Below are positions 31,825 to 44,889 of a stretch of 64,000 nucleotides of DNA, piece after piece; positions within the stretch are counted from its first letter, which is position 1; each line of letters begins with the position of its first letter. Where the stretch lies: NCBI GenBank assembly GCA_964016885.1, contig OZ024743.1, positions 291,834,001 to 291,898,000 of the forward strand, written 5' to 3'. The translations under genes were made by a program, and so were the position numbers. The notes beneath the pieces are model-generated. The model saw only the letters and a list, made by a program, of their open reading frames with translations. It was not told where the DNA came from and did not search any database. The stretch comes from Eledone cirrhosa. Its lineage: Eukaryota.

Positions 31825-33137
31825 GTAGGCATTACACCTGACCATCAAATATATACAGATTTTGTCTCATTTGGGCGCAAATGATTCAATTTGCGAAAAA
31901 TGTGTATCTACCTCATAGCTGCAAATTATAGAGCTCACTGTTCTATTATACATATGCAGCTTTTCAGTGCTAATTAATGCTGAATATCTAATGTGATGTG
32001 AAACAGGACATTCTGCAGGCACATTGTTAAATGTCTCGTCAAATTGTCTCGCCATGCGGCTTTTTAAATATCCTTATACTAGTAACATTGTTTACTCGTG
32101 TGTTCTAGTTGCCTGCAACTATGTTTTTAATTACAACCATCGTATTGTTCTGTGTACTTTAACTTGCATTGCTTTGTTTCTATTATTTGTCTGCAGTTTT
32201 TCCCTTATAACTTACTGCTGGATTTTGCGACATTTAAACATTTGTTTTCTATAATGCTTTGTAATTTTAAATGGTATTGATTTCTAAAATTATATTCAGA
32301 ATTTACGTTTGTAGAATTCTTGAGACCTTGACATAATCTCCTGTTGCATGTAAATTATGACACTTTATGACATTAATTCAAATCCTGCCGAGGGAATCTT
32401 TCCTATCATTCTATCCTTGTCAAGAAATGGAGTACCCGTCTTTACTGCAGTCAGTTTGCTCAACTAAACCCGCTCAATTAATAAGGTGCTGGCCTTGTGC
32501 ATAAAATAAAAATAAAAATATATATATTTTTGTGTAGACTCATGTTTCATTTGTAGCAGAATAGATGTTTGGCAATGTTTATTCCAGTGCAGAAAGAATA
32601 TTTTCTAAGATTTTCGGTATCATAACACAAGTTTTGGTTGATAAAGTACTAGCTACAGAATATTATGAACGTTAAGTACAATATTTTTGAGCCGTTTCGT
32701 TGATGCGTTCGCAATTGTGAGCAACACTGGTAAAAAGACTTGCCTTAAACAAAGCTATTTAAAGAAATTCTGATAAAGGTATATTGTGGGAAGGACTTAT
32801 GAGTTGCGCGTGTATTTTGTGTCTATATGATTTTGTATACGAAATATTAATGTATCAGTATAACATAGATATGGAAATCTTGTTATGATTTTTTAAAAAG
32901 ACTGTGATCATATCACAAGTAATTTAGTTGCGGTTAGAATGCCAGATAGTTAGAGTTTTCACCTTCAGTGATATTTACACACCTGACACTGAGACAAAGT
33001 AGGGAACTTTAGGGTTTTTGTGTAAGAAACACTGACCGAAGATGTTCATTCGCATATAGTGTGAACTTGAGACGGCAAACAAGAGTCTTTCGCAAAGAAA
33101 CTGGACAAGATGAGGTGTAGAAATGATAACACTGTAT

Positions 33138-33268
<131 letters not shown>

Positions 33269-33453
33269 TAAATCCAACAATTAATGGTAGGGTCTAAGCC
33301 GTATGTAGAACTCAATGTAATCCGTATGCAGAAGATGTCGTGAAGCAAAGTTTAAAATACAAAATTTCAACGATAAAATTCGTTCGAAGCAGAGTCAAAA
33401 TAATACAAATAGTGAAAACAATGAAATTAAACAAAATACGGGTAATTCATAGT

Positions 33454-33602
33454 AAAACTCATTATTTTACGATCGTTTCTGGGGGGTAGTTCTCCGTATG
33501 TTCATTCTATTAGTGATCTATGTAAAATATATTACAAATTATCAAAGTAAGAAAATATACATACATCTTTCCTACCCGCCGTCTTCAGAAATAATGAGTT
33601 TT
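33454..33602 (-). ncRNA. Type I hammerhead ribozyme (family B, long stem II)
   Basis: AAAACUCAUUAUUU-CUGAAGA-CGGCGGGUAG...CUACCCCCCA-GAAAC-GAUC-GUA-AAAUAAUGAGUUUU; perfect 14-bp stem I. Confidence 0.8.
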
Positions 33603-35834
33603 GTTTATTGAAGAATATATAAACATGTATGAATAAGTAACCTTTTAAGAACAAGGTGGAGATTGACCAATAGTACAAATAGGAAGGGGCAATATAGATA
33701 AAAAAGTTGGTAGTAGTAGATGAATAGATTAGCAGTGATGGGATGATATATCGAATGACCTTTAAGAAAAGAAAGTTACGAGTGTAAAGGAATTTAGACA
33801 GATTTTATAGAAATTTCAGAAAAATGTGGACGGTCAAGGAAGATTAAAGTTGGAGGAAAATAGGTGCAAATATCAGTGTGTTATATCCAGTAGAATAGTA
33901 TAGAACAATCCTAAATATTTGTTATTTCTTTGTTCAAGAGGAATAATTTGTTCTAAAAATACAACAAGTAGAGGAATATAGATAGAAGAAAAAGAAAAGT
34001 AAAAAGTAGATAAAAAAAATATATAGGTAAGAAAATAATAAATTTTGTGTAAATATTGTATTGTGTTAGAGTGGTCAAAATGAAGTTTTACCTATAGGGA
34101 ATTTTATTTTCGAATAAGAAATTCCGTTAATAATCTGGTTTTCTTAATAGGTTTAAATGCATGTCTGTTAAAGTTTTGTTAGTTTTGAATATAATGTAAT
34201 ATATAGTGCTCATTAATAGTTAATTATTTAAAACAGTTATAGGGATGAAATATAGGATTGAATCTATGAAGTAATTCTAATAGCAAAATCAACATATTCA
34301 TACACACACAACCCCCCTCCCCCCACATATATATATATATATATTTTTTTTCTTTTATATATTTTTCTTTATTTGTTTAGTTGTATTTATAATACTTGAA
34401 TGTCTTTCTAATTCTATGGTTACGTGCGATAATTAATTCTTGCCTTTTATTTAATAGAATGTCTTTCGATTTAGTAATTTCAAACATTTCTTTGGAACAT
34501 AGTCCACACTCATTTCTATTGCCCTGATAAGAAATGGCTCTTTTGAGAATCTTCCAAGTTAGGTTATAATTAATTTTCTTCTTTTTACAATTATTAACTG
34601 CTTCCGCTAAAGAAGTGGTATTAACTAACCTTGTGTTTCGAAAACTGTGGGTGCGTGCATAAAATCACGATTTAAACGGATTAGATGTGGATCCAATATA
34701 GGATTGATTAGAGTCCTTAGTGGTAATTATACATTTATACACTATTTTATTAATTAAGCAATTTCCATTTAAGGGGCAATTAATTTTTACTCTACAATTA
34801 CAACCGTATGTACATAGGGTATCAGATGTGCTTGCTATATTCCCAATAACAGTGCTAGTATTTGTATTTACATTTTCATATGAGAGAGAAGTGTTTGCAG
34901 TTGGGTGGTCATGGCTCGAAAGGATTTTAGTTGGTGAAATTATAGGGGATATAGTGTTTATAGAATCATGGTTGTTTTGGAAGTTATTGGTCAGTTTGGG
35001 TATGTAATTCTTAGTTCCTATTAAGGATTAGGAAGATGGTAGTTGGTTGTAGGCTGATGTATTGTGTTAGTGAGGTGAGTGAGTGGATGTAACTGGTGGA
35101 TAGGTAATAATATTCTGTTTATGCGTTGTAGTATTATTATAGTTAGTTTGTGTGTGGTGGGCTAGAGGTATACATGGAGCTTGTTTACATTTATAGATGT
35201 TATATGCACTTATATTTTGTTGTATATTGCTCGATATGGAGTAAGAAAATGTTACTGTATATCTGTTCAAGATTTGAAGTTATTTGTGGTTAGGTGGGAA
35301 ATGTTTATCGAGAACTGCAAAAATGTTTTTAGGGATTTTGCCCATAGTTTGCAAGTTAAATGGAGCATTATACATTGTTACGTTTCTTTTATTGTTTCTA
35401 ATTGGTTTCCTATTGTTATATTGAGTATGTATAGAAGCTTGAGGGTAGATTTTGTTATCAGATGATACTATAATATTGTGATTGTTATTAGTGGTGTGAA
35501 CACATTAGTTTAGTAGATTTTTTAATTGTATTGTTTTTGACTTATTGTTTTTTGCTTGATTTATAGATGATATTGGGAGTTTTATTAATGGAGCCTTATT
35601 GATTGGACCTGGTATTTTTGTATTGTTCTTGTTATTTATAATGGTTAGGATATGTTTCTCTGGGTTATTGGATTGTAAAGATGTGGTTTGGTTAGGTTGA
35701 AGGTTCAATGAAATAGGTAATATATCATTAGGTTTATTGTGAGAATTAAGATATAAGATGTTATTATTAACTGCTTTTTTAAGATGAATGGAGTTAGGTG
35801 GTTTCGTATGGTTTGTAGTAATAGTATTAGGTAC

Positions 35835-36043
35835 GGCGGTGGATTGGCGCATGGCGGTAGATTTGCAGTATCGGTAGAGAGACGGACGCCATGTTTTCCA
35901 GCATAGGTACGTCCCTTTACGGTCTGAGTTCAAGTCCCGCCGAGGTTAACTTTGCCTTTCATCCTTACGGGGTCGATAAAATAAAGTACCTGTAATGTAC
36001 TAGGTAATTGCTGGCCTAGTACCAAAAGTAGAAACAATTATTA
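35835..36043 (+). mobile_element. tRNA-derived SINE (copy 4) inserted into the PLE linker, with 9-bp target-site duplication
   Basis: TATTAGGTA at 35825-35833 and 36039-36047. Confidence 0.88.
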
Positions 36044-38177
36044 GGTATGTTATAGAAGTATTCAGAAGCGTTAGGATTGATGAATTTTAGAGAGTTTGTG
36101 TCATTCATATTAATGCGGGTACTAGGAGTAATGGTATGATCTAGGTTTTTCGGTGCTTTATTGCTGGCATTAAATTTTAGGTATTTTTTTGGTGTTTGTT
36201 GTTTATGTTTGGTTCTATGTTTGAGGTATTTATGGTGTTAGGTATGTAAACATTTTTATCCTTGTAGCCACTTCTAGCTAAAGCCTCATTATAATAAGGT
36301 TGCATTTTTATAGAATATTTCTTCATTAGATGATAATTTAGATAATCTGAGTGAGATATTGTACACTAGTGTTTTTATTATGGAACCAGGGTGGTTAGAT
36401 TGTGAGTGCATATAATGCGGGTTTTGGTTTGGTTTATTGTAGGGTTGGTAAATGCCTGTTGATTGATCCAAAGTGATGTCGAGTAAATTGACCACTTTAG
36501 TGCTATTTTCAAAAGAAATGATAAGATTATAGTAATATTTGAGGAAGACCCTAATTTGTTTTTTATTTCCCTCAATTGCTAAGAGACTTAGATTGTTAGA
36601 TAGAAGAAGACAGTCATCGCGATATAGACCACATTTTGAGGTGGAGAAAAGAGGAATTTAAATTATATAGGAGAAAGAGGCCCACAATGTCAGTAACCTG
36701 GGCGGAATCCATCGACCCCATAGTGATATCTTATAAATCACTATATGTGTTTCTAGTCCAATACTCCTCTTGGAAGTCCAGTAGTGTTTTCCTGCCATGT
36801 GTGATGATGTTAATGTCCTTCATATTTATGTCCGATCTATTTTTGGCGAAAATTAATGCTTTGTTTAGTAGTATGGGGGATATTGATGAATAATATGCAT
36901 CGATGTCGAATAGGAGGGCTTATTTTTGATGTCAGTGAACCAATTGATAACTTGGGAAGTGTTTTCCCACAGCGGTAGTTTTACATGTTTCCTTAGTTGT
37001 GGGATAACTTTATCAAGAATCTTCTTGCTTATTACTCCAATGTCCGATTTAGAGGAGCATATGAGCCTAATCGATGAGTTCGAGTTGAAGTCAGATTTAT
37101 GAACTTTCAGATTAAAGTGTGGATATTTCGGTGTGAAAGGTTTAGTTCTATCTTCGATGTTGAGTTTTTTACTATGGTGTGTGATTTATTGTTTATAGAG
37201 GTAAGTACTGTACTATTGATTTTCTTGTAGTTTTTCCTTAGTTCCTTATAAATGAATTGGTTATATTTATCAATGTTCATATGGTATAGGGTTCCAGTTT
37301 TGTCAGAGTGCACATGAACTGTACTAGAGTCTTTTAGTTTAAATAGGGTTGAATCCAGTTCCTTTTGAAAGTTTGATTTGTGTTTCCTAAATGTGATGTG
37401 TTTAATCATATTGAGTAAATCTTTTTCAAAATGTTCAAGTATTGAATTGTGAGGAGGGTTTTTATATGTGCGAAAGTCATAAAAGCTTTTCTTCTCACCC
37501 CTTTTGGTTTTGTTGTCGAAGTGGTATGCTCGCCAGCGAACTCTTCTAATAAATTGGTTAGTTTTTTGCATAAGAAGAAGAAGGAATTTATCTTTAGAGG
37601 GAATTGGTACATTTTTCAACGAATTTCCTAAGTATTGTCTTTCCATTGCATCCGAGTAATTAATAGTAAATTTCATTATTTTACGATCGTTTCTGGGGGG
37701 TAGTTCTCCGTATGTTCATTCTATTAGTGATCTATGTAAAATATATTACAAATTATCAACTACCCCCCAGAAACGATCGTAAAATAATGAATTTTACTAT
37801 GAATTACCCGTATTTTGTTTGATTTCATTGTTTTCACTATTTGTATTATTTTGACTCTGCTTCCAATGAATTATATCGTTGAAATTTCGTATTTTAAACT
37901 TTGCTTCACGACATCTTCTACATGCGGATTACATTGAGTTCTTCATACGGCTTGGACCCTATCATTAATTGGTGGATTTATCTCTGTACTCTGCTCCTTT
38001 TTTATTAATTTTGTTCATTAATATATTTAGTTGAGCTCTTAATCTCGTGTAATATCCGTATTGCAATTAGTACTACCTTAAAGCTTATACATTTCCCCAC
38101 ATGTTATTTACTCTATATATGTGTGCAAAACCTTATGTACGTCGCAAAATATATATGCCTTTTTTCCTCTCTCTCTC

Positions 38178-38785
<608 letters not shown>

Positions 38786-38819
38786 CCTATAACCTTCGTT
38801 TTGTGTAGAAACTTACACT

Positions 38820-38856
<37 letters not shown>

Positions 38857-39282
38857 CGTTTGTATATGTATAATAAAGCCAAAACTATGCAGGTATGGAC
38901 ATAGAATAAAGAATGCAAATGCAAAAGATATTGTTGACAATTAGTCTTTTACATTAGATTTATTTAAATGTCCTTAATTTTCGAGATAATATCTCTTCTT
39001 CGGAGGCAAGTAAAGCGGTTAAACCAGTGTTCGAAATAGCTTGCCAAGCTATTTAGAACACTGGTTTAACCGCTTTACTTCTCTCCGAAGAAGAGATATT
39101 ATCTCGAAAATTAAGGACATTTAAATAAATCTAATGTAAAAGACTAATTGTCAACAATATCTTTTGCATTTGCATTCTTTATTCTATGTCCATACCTGCA
39201 TAGTTTTGGCTTTATTATACATATACAAACCTTTATACCTCATTACACAATGCTTCAAGTGAACTATATCTTCCTCCTTTCA
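38857..39282. repeat. ~185-bp-arm palindrome of the pseudo-LTR family found at 28516-28750 and 31200-31390
   Basis: Centre AAATAGCTTG-C-CAAGCTATTT at ~39044; arms match the PLE pseudo-LTR. Confidence 0.88.
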
Positions 39283-39299
39283 TAGATATACATATATAT

Positions 39300-40053
39300 A
39301 TAATTAGAAATTTAGTAAAATCGAATCTCTGGCGGTTTGCAAGCAAATTCGGCCTACTTATATGAAATGATGAGTTAGCAAAACACTCGATAAGGTAGGT
39401 CCTTAGAGTAATAACATACGTTTAAATAGCTTGACAAATCGAACATTGTGGTAGGCAAAATCTAACACACAAAAATATACCAAAGTAACGATAGAACTAA
39501 CAGGTTGAGAAAAATACACCTGGACAAATCAAACGAGTATACGTTTAAGTGTTTCTTTTAATCCGAAATCAAATATCAGACTTACGTGACTGGCAAGCTC
39601 GTGGTATTCATGATCGAACAGAGGATTCAGTTCTTCAACAAGTTTTCGTTCTACCCAGGACGGGGTGATAGGCTAAATGTTGCCGCTAGATGCAGCGTAT
39701 CTATAGCTGTCACGTGTTAATTGCAGCAAGGGAAATTACCCCCGGTTTTTTGGGGCGTCATTCAAAATGTTAGACAAAGGAAATATTTTAATTTCCGCTA
39801 ATCATCATGATAAGCTCTCGACTAGATGTTATAAAACAAACACAATTAATTAACCAATCAACAGAATTGTCTAATTAAATTAATTAGTTAATTATTAAAT
39901 CTAGGTGAATAATATAACTGGAAATTTAGTAAAATCGAATCTCTGGCGGTTTGCAAGCAAATTCGGTCTACTTATATGAAATGATGAGTTAGCAAAGTAC
40001 TCGATATGGTAGGTCCTTAGAGTAATAACATACGTTTAAATAGCTTGACAAAT
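39300..40053. mobile_element. Non-coding element with ~140-bp direct terminal repeats (unit ~615 bp)
   Basis: 39301-39439 is repeated at 39916-40053. Confidence 0.6.
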
Positions 40054-40649
40054 ATCCTCCTAATGGAATCCAATTTATTATTCATCATCACAGCCGGGGT
40101 CTTGTCAGAATCCCAACTGACGCATGTGGAGTCTTTCTAAAGCCACGCCTGATTAGTGGAGTTTTCATTCTCCATCCAAATCTACAGTACCAGAGCCACG
40201 GAAATCTTTGTTGAGGAAATCCCAACATTATCTCAATAGCCGGTAGCATCTAGCTTCCTTCTTCTGCTTACATATAAGGCTTGTGATGTTACAGGTTCTA
40301 ATGATTACGGTTTTGTACCTAAGGGTTGAAACACCACTTGATAACACGCGTGAAAGTCGGTGTGGTATGACTACCTTTGTTGTATCTAGCCCTTTTGAAA
40401 TGTTTTGGTGGTATTATTCGGGCATGTCACCAATCTATTACTTGCATTTTCATTGCTACCTTACTCGATTATGAGCGATTTATTTGGAGCTAAACAGTTC
40501 ACCTATTGCTCAATCTATACTAGTGGTTTACCGCTGTTGATGATTCGTCCTGCAAGCCCGCTTATATCGCAACAAACCCTCTTATTTTGTGACCATATCG
40601 TTATCCACCCCTCCTATCCGTTCTCTGAGAGCACAGCTTATTCGAGAAG

Positions 40650-43600
40650 TAGTGCAAAATTATTCCCCACGCAAAGTTTATTAATACAGATCCTGCAGTG
40701 GTAGATGTAGATGAGTCATATATCCTAATGGAAGACTTCAATGCACATATTGACACCGACCATCTGACATGGAAAGGAGTCATTGGAAGGATAGGAGATC
40801 CCGTTCTAAATTCGAATGGAGAAGCCTTACTAGACTACTATTCATGTAATGGGCTATCTATTATCGACAACTTCCAAAACAGAGACAACCATAAATATAC
40901 ATGATATAAGGGGAAACAGAGACAAGAATCACTAATTAGTTTTGTTAATTTCTTTGACTTCTTTGATTCTATGCTGGAAAGTTCGTGTTTAGAGAAATAC
41001 TGGGCTCTCAACTGATCACCAACAAATCATCTATAAATACAGATTACATAAGACCACAAAAGTCCCAAACCAGGCTTTTCTGGGTCGACCTACAATATGA
41101 AGGGAGAAACGCTGGTGGATAAAAAGGTCAAGACCAGGTGTGCGAATAAAATTACATCCAATTTCAGGACAGTCAAACGATGGAGATAATGTTGCCCTCA
41201 GCAGTTTCCAACCAAATATTCACATTGAGGTAGGTCTTTCAGAAATGGTAGATAACTTTTGGGGGGTTTTTTTCTATACCACGAAAAGGTATACGATCCT
41301 TTTACATGGAACCTGTTCTGCAGTAATAATGAGATTTGTGGAAATATTCTTCTTGCTCTTATGTCTCTATACGAATGCCCTAGTGTTCAGATAAGTGGGG
41401 CCATATCGAAATCATACAATGTGGGCGTCGGACTCTGCCAACGACGTTTTCTCTCCCCTCTCCTGTATATAAATTTCATGAACATACTTGGCATGCGCAG
41501 TTGGGTTGGAAGTAACATCGAGCTTGGCGGATATATGATTTGTCGACTGGAATTTGCTGACGACATGGTTATACGTAACTCGATAGAAGTTGATCTCCGC
41601 CATGCAGGTGATAGTTTTGATGCCGAGTGCTGACCAACTAAAATGAGTACACTCTACATGCGAGTATTATTATTATTCTTTGATTCTATGCTGGAATATT
41701 CAAGTATTTCGGAGCCGTATTCACAAATGATGAAAGGCTGGAGGCTGAATTAGAATTAATTGCAAGTATTGCAGAAGCTGGAGAAATAACACCGTGTAAC
41801 ATATATTTTCTTCCCCGGTTCTAAGTGTCATTTCATGGTTTGTTATATCCAATTATTATAAAAAAAAACAATATTATTTAATCAGAAGTTTGGGTTTGTG
41901 GTCATGAGTTTGATATTTCGAAATTTTCATATTTTTCAAAAAAAACCTCATTTTTTTTTAATTTATCAGTTCATATAATTAAATCAACAGAGTATATATT
42001 TATTTTATTACACAAGCTTATCAAAAGCAAATAAGTAAAAACAAATAACACTTATAAAGCAACTTATATACGTCAGAAATGACTGGATTTCCTGGATTTG
42101 CGGTTGTAGTCCAGGTCGCATTCCCGCACTAGCCCCCAGATAGAGTCCCCCATCATGTTTTCATTGTAGTGGCGCTGGTACCTCCGCTCTATCTCTTTCA
42201 CATCTTGGTGGGTTCGTTCGCCTTTTTCTTCTGAGTAGGCGCTCATATTGTCCTTGAATTTTTCCAGGTGAGCGTCCAGCATATGGAGTTTAAGCGACAT
42301 CCTGCATCCCATGGCGCCAAAAGCCTTTATCAGATCATGCACCAGTTGCTGGTAGTTTTCAGCTCTGTAGTTGCCCAGGAAGCCCTTAACAACTGATTAT
42401 TGGAGAACTCAGTATACTCAAACACCTTCTTTATCTGAGGTCCAACAAAAATTCCACCTTTGATTTTGGCCTCAGATAACTTGGGGAAGAACTCAAGAAG
42501 GTACTTAAAAGCGGCTGATTCTTGGTTGAGAGCCTTCACAAACTGCTTCATCAACCCCAACTTAATGCGCAGTGGCGGCATGAGCACAATCCTGGGATAA
42601 ACCAGTGGCTCCCACATGACTTTCCGAGTCGCAACTACAAATTCTGTTCGATGCTCCCAGTTCTTTCTTGTGTAGTGGTCAGAGGTGGCTCTGCTGTCGC
42701 AAAGGCAGAGGAAGCATTGGAATTTGATAAAGCCTCCTTGGAGTCCAAGCAGTAAAGCCACCATCTTGACGTCTCCAATGATTTCCCAATTTTACTGGTT
42801 CTATTGCAGAGCTTCCAAGAGGACATTCCCACAGTAGTCATCTTCCTTCACGCAGACTGAATGAGCTAGGAGCAGTGTCGAGAACTTGTTTCCATTGTGG
42901 AGGAGGACAGCCTTCAGACTTGTGGTGGAGCTGTCTATAAATAGCCGCCACTCCTTGGGCACAAACGGCACCCCAATAACGTCAAACAGTCCAGGCACGT
43001 CATGGCAGAAGCAGAGGCCATACCTAAGAGTGTAAACGCCTGAGAAAGGTTCTTGTCGACTTCTCTGACTTGTCACCTGCACTTCCTGCTTGACCAAGTT
43101 CCACTGCTTCATCCTGGAGACGAATGCTTAAAACACAACTTACCCTTTATTCAGGGCGCGAAAATCTAGTATCAATAAATTTCTTTAATCCACATTTTAA
43201 CAATTTTATACTTTATTACACTTTTATCATTTTCTTTATATATTACTCTTTATTTTATAATTTTAATTTAACCTGAAACATATATAAAAAAAAATCATTT
43301 AACATAAGCAAATTAAATTTACATACAACGTAAAATCCAGCATACAAATAATTCTAGTGAATAGCTTAGAATGTTTACAAACCCAAACGTTTAACTGTTT
43401 AATAGCACTTTTTTTATTTATTTGGGACCTAAGCAACACTAAAAAAAATGTTGTTACACGGTGTAGTGCGTCAGCTTCAACATTTGGTAATCAGAAGAAG
43501 GGAAGTAGGTGTAAAATCCAAAATCACTATCTTCAATTTGGCAGTCATTCCAGCACTTACACATGGTTATGCATGTTGAGTAATGATCGAAAGAATATGA

Positions 43601-43950
43601 TGGCGATTACAAGCGGGAGGAATGATGTTCCTTCAAAGGTTCTTATGAGTAACGTTAATCATTACAATGCATAGCTCGGCGTCCAGAGAGTCGCTTCTTC
43701 TCCGAATTGAGAGATCACTGCAACGATATTACAGGTATGTGTTTAGAGTGTCTCAGGAAAGAATCACTGGAAAGATTTTACGGACAACACCAACCTGCGG
43801 GAGACAAAGGGCTGACCTCGAGCAAGATTGCTGAATAATATCTACAAGCTTGGCTTGCCTCATATGAGGATCCAGCCAGATCTTTTGCAGACGGATGCAT
43901 CTGGCAGAAATCATTTGCAGGAGTGTTTGAGATCTTAGACCCCATAACCA
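40650..43950 (+). mobile_element. Decayed RTE-like LINE (AP endonuclease, RT, C-terminus) interrupted by a DNA transposon
   Basis: ILMEDFNAHID, NSNGEALLDY, STDH; VGLCQ..FLSPLLY, LEFADD (41259-41633); C-terminal remnant at 43750-43940. Confidence 0.75.
41790..43463 (-). mobile_element. Internally deleted CMC/Chapaev3-like DNA transposon
   Basis: TIRs CACCGTGTAACA (41790) and TGTTACACGGTG (ends 43463), flanked by TAA/TAG; transposase motifs WRLFIDSS..SLKAVLLHNGN, LLLGLQGG..CFLC.DSRA, PPL.IKLGLMKQFVKAL, MSLKLH..H, SEEKGERTHQD. Confidence 0.8.
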
Positions 43951-44009
43951 TTTCAGAAATAAGTGGGCAAATAAAAAGAAGAAACAGATAATAATAATAA
44001 TAATAATAA

Positions 44010-44357
44010 TGATTTCATTTATTAGCCACAAGGGCCGACATCTAGGGGACAATACAAAGACAGGGACAGTGGGGGTTTACAATAAGGTCGAGTAAAAGTG
44101 CACAATGGCAAGACTAATTTAACAATGAAGATGTAGGAATATAAAATAAACTATGCATAAATATAACAAAATAAATTCCCCGATAGGGGGTGGACGACGC
44201 TGGGGTGACTCGGGTACCCCACCAATCCTGAACCACCCTGCGCTTCTAGGGCACCCACTGAGAGCACCCTTCTCCTCTAAGTTAGCTAGCCTATATGCGC
44301 ATGGTCAGAGTAGGTCCATTCACACGAGCCATTCTCGCCACATTCATCCACATTTTA
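44010..44357 (-). mobile_element. Short 5'-truncated Tx1-like 3' end (distinct subfamily) flanked on both sides by (AAT)n
   Basis: KMWMNVARMARVNGPTLTMRI* resembles RWVREASMARMNGPSLSMCL*; 3' CCTTGTGGCTAATAAATGAAATC(ATT)n. Confidence 0.75.
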
Positions 44358-44889
44358 GCAATAATAATAATAATACCCCCACTAGCTTCTGTTAAGAGAG
44401 GGATAGTAGTAGTGTTACTACAGATGAATAGAAGCGAGGAAGGCATCAACATATATAAATAGACTGATTTAGTGACCCGGACAAACAGCTAACATCAACA
44501 ACACCAAAAATAATTATTTTTGTTGTATCTTTAAACTCTCTCAAAATATTTAGTTTAAACGATGTCAAATCTAAACTATAATATAATAATAATAATAAGC
44601 AACAAGTCGAAAGATTATGGAACAGAACACAGACAAACACAAATCCAACAACAGCAACAAATTTCAAAAGTTTTGAACGCAATAACCCCTACTTCCCACG
44701 TAGCTAAAATCAAAATCAGCAGCAGCAGCAACAACAACACTAGTAACCGATGTTACTGGCCCTGAAAAGCGAAAAACGTAAAGGAAAAAAAAACAGACAA
44801 ACAAACAAAAATAAGTCAGACATTCAAACATTACAATGAAACTTATGTTTGTTTTTTTAAGTTTTCATCTATCTATTTGTTTATTTATT

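Larger units (their letters stand above)
33270..37985 (-). mobile_element. Near full-length, decayed Penelope-like element (RT, long linker, C-terminal GIY-YIG; possibly Nematis-like) with pseudo-LTRs
   Basis: GNSLKNVPIPS, HSDKTG (37107-37676), FDIDAYYSSI, MGSMDSAQVTDIVG, LYRDD, VNLLDITLD, YNKPN, CNCRVKINCPLNGNCL..SYIGST; pLTR 33270-33680, partial direct copy 37672-37760, inverted copy 37760-37985. Confidence 0.9.

Noticed and set aside
31867-33130. Possible host exons (ORF 31867-32055; segment 32968-33113)
   Set aside because: No recognisable domain or consistent splice and frame support
39352-39400. SECIS- or K-turn-like hairpin ATGA-TGAGT..ACTC-GA
   Set aside because: Helix is too short for a SECIS and there is no associated UGA-containing ORF
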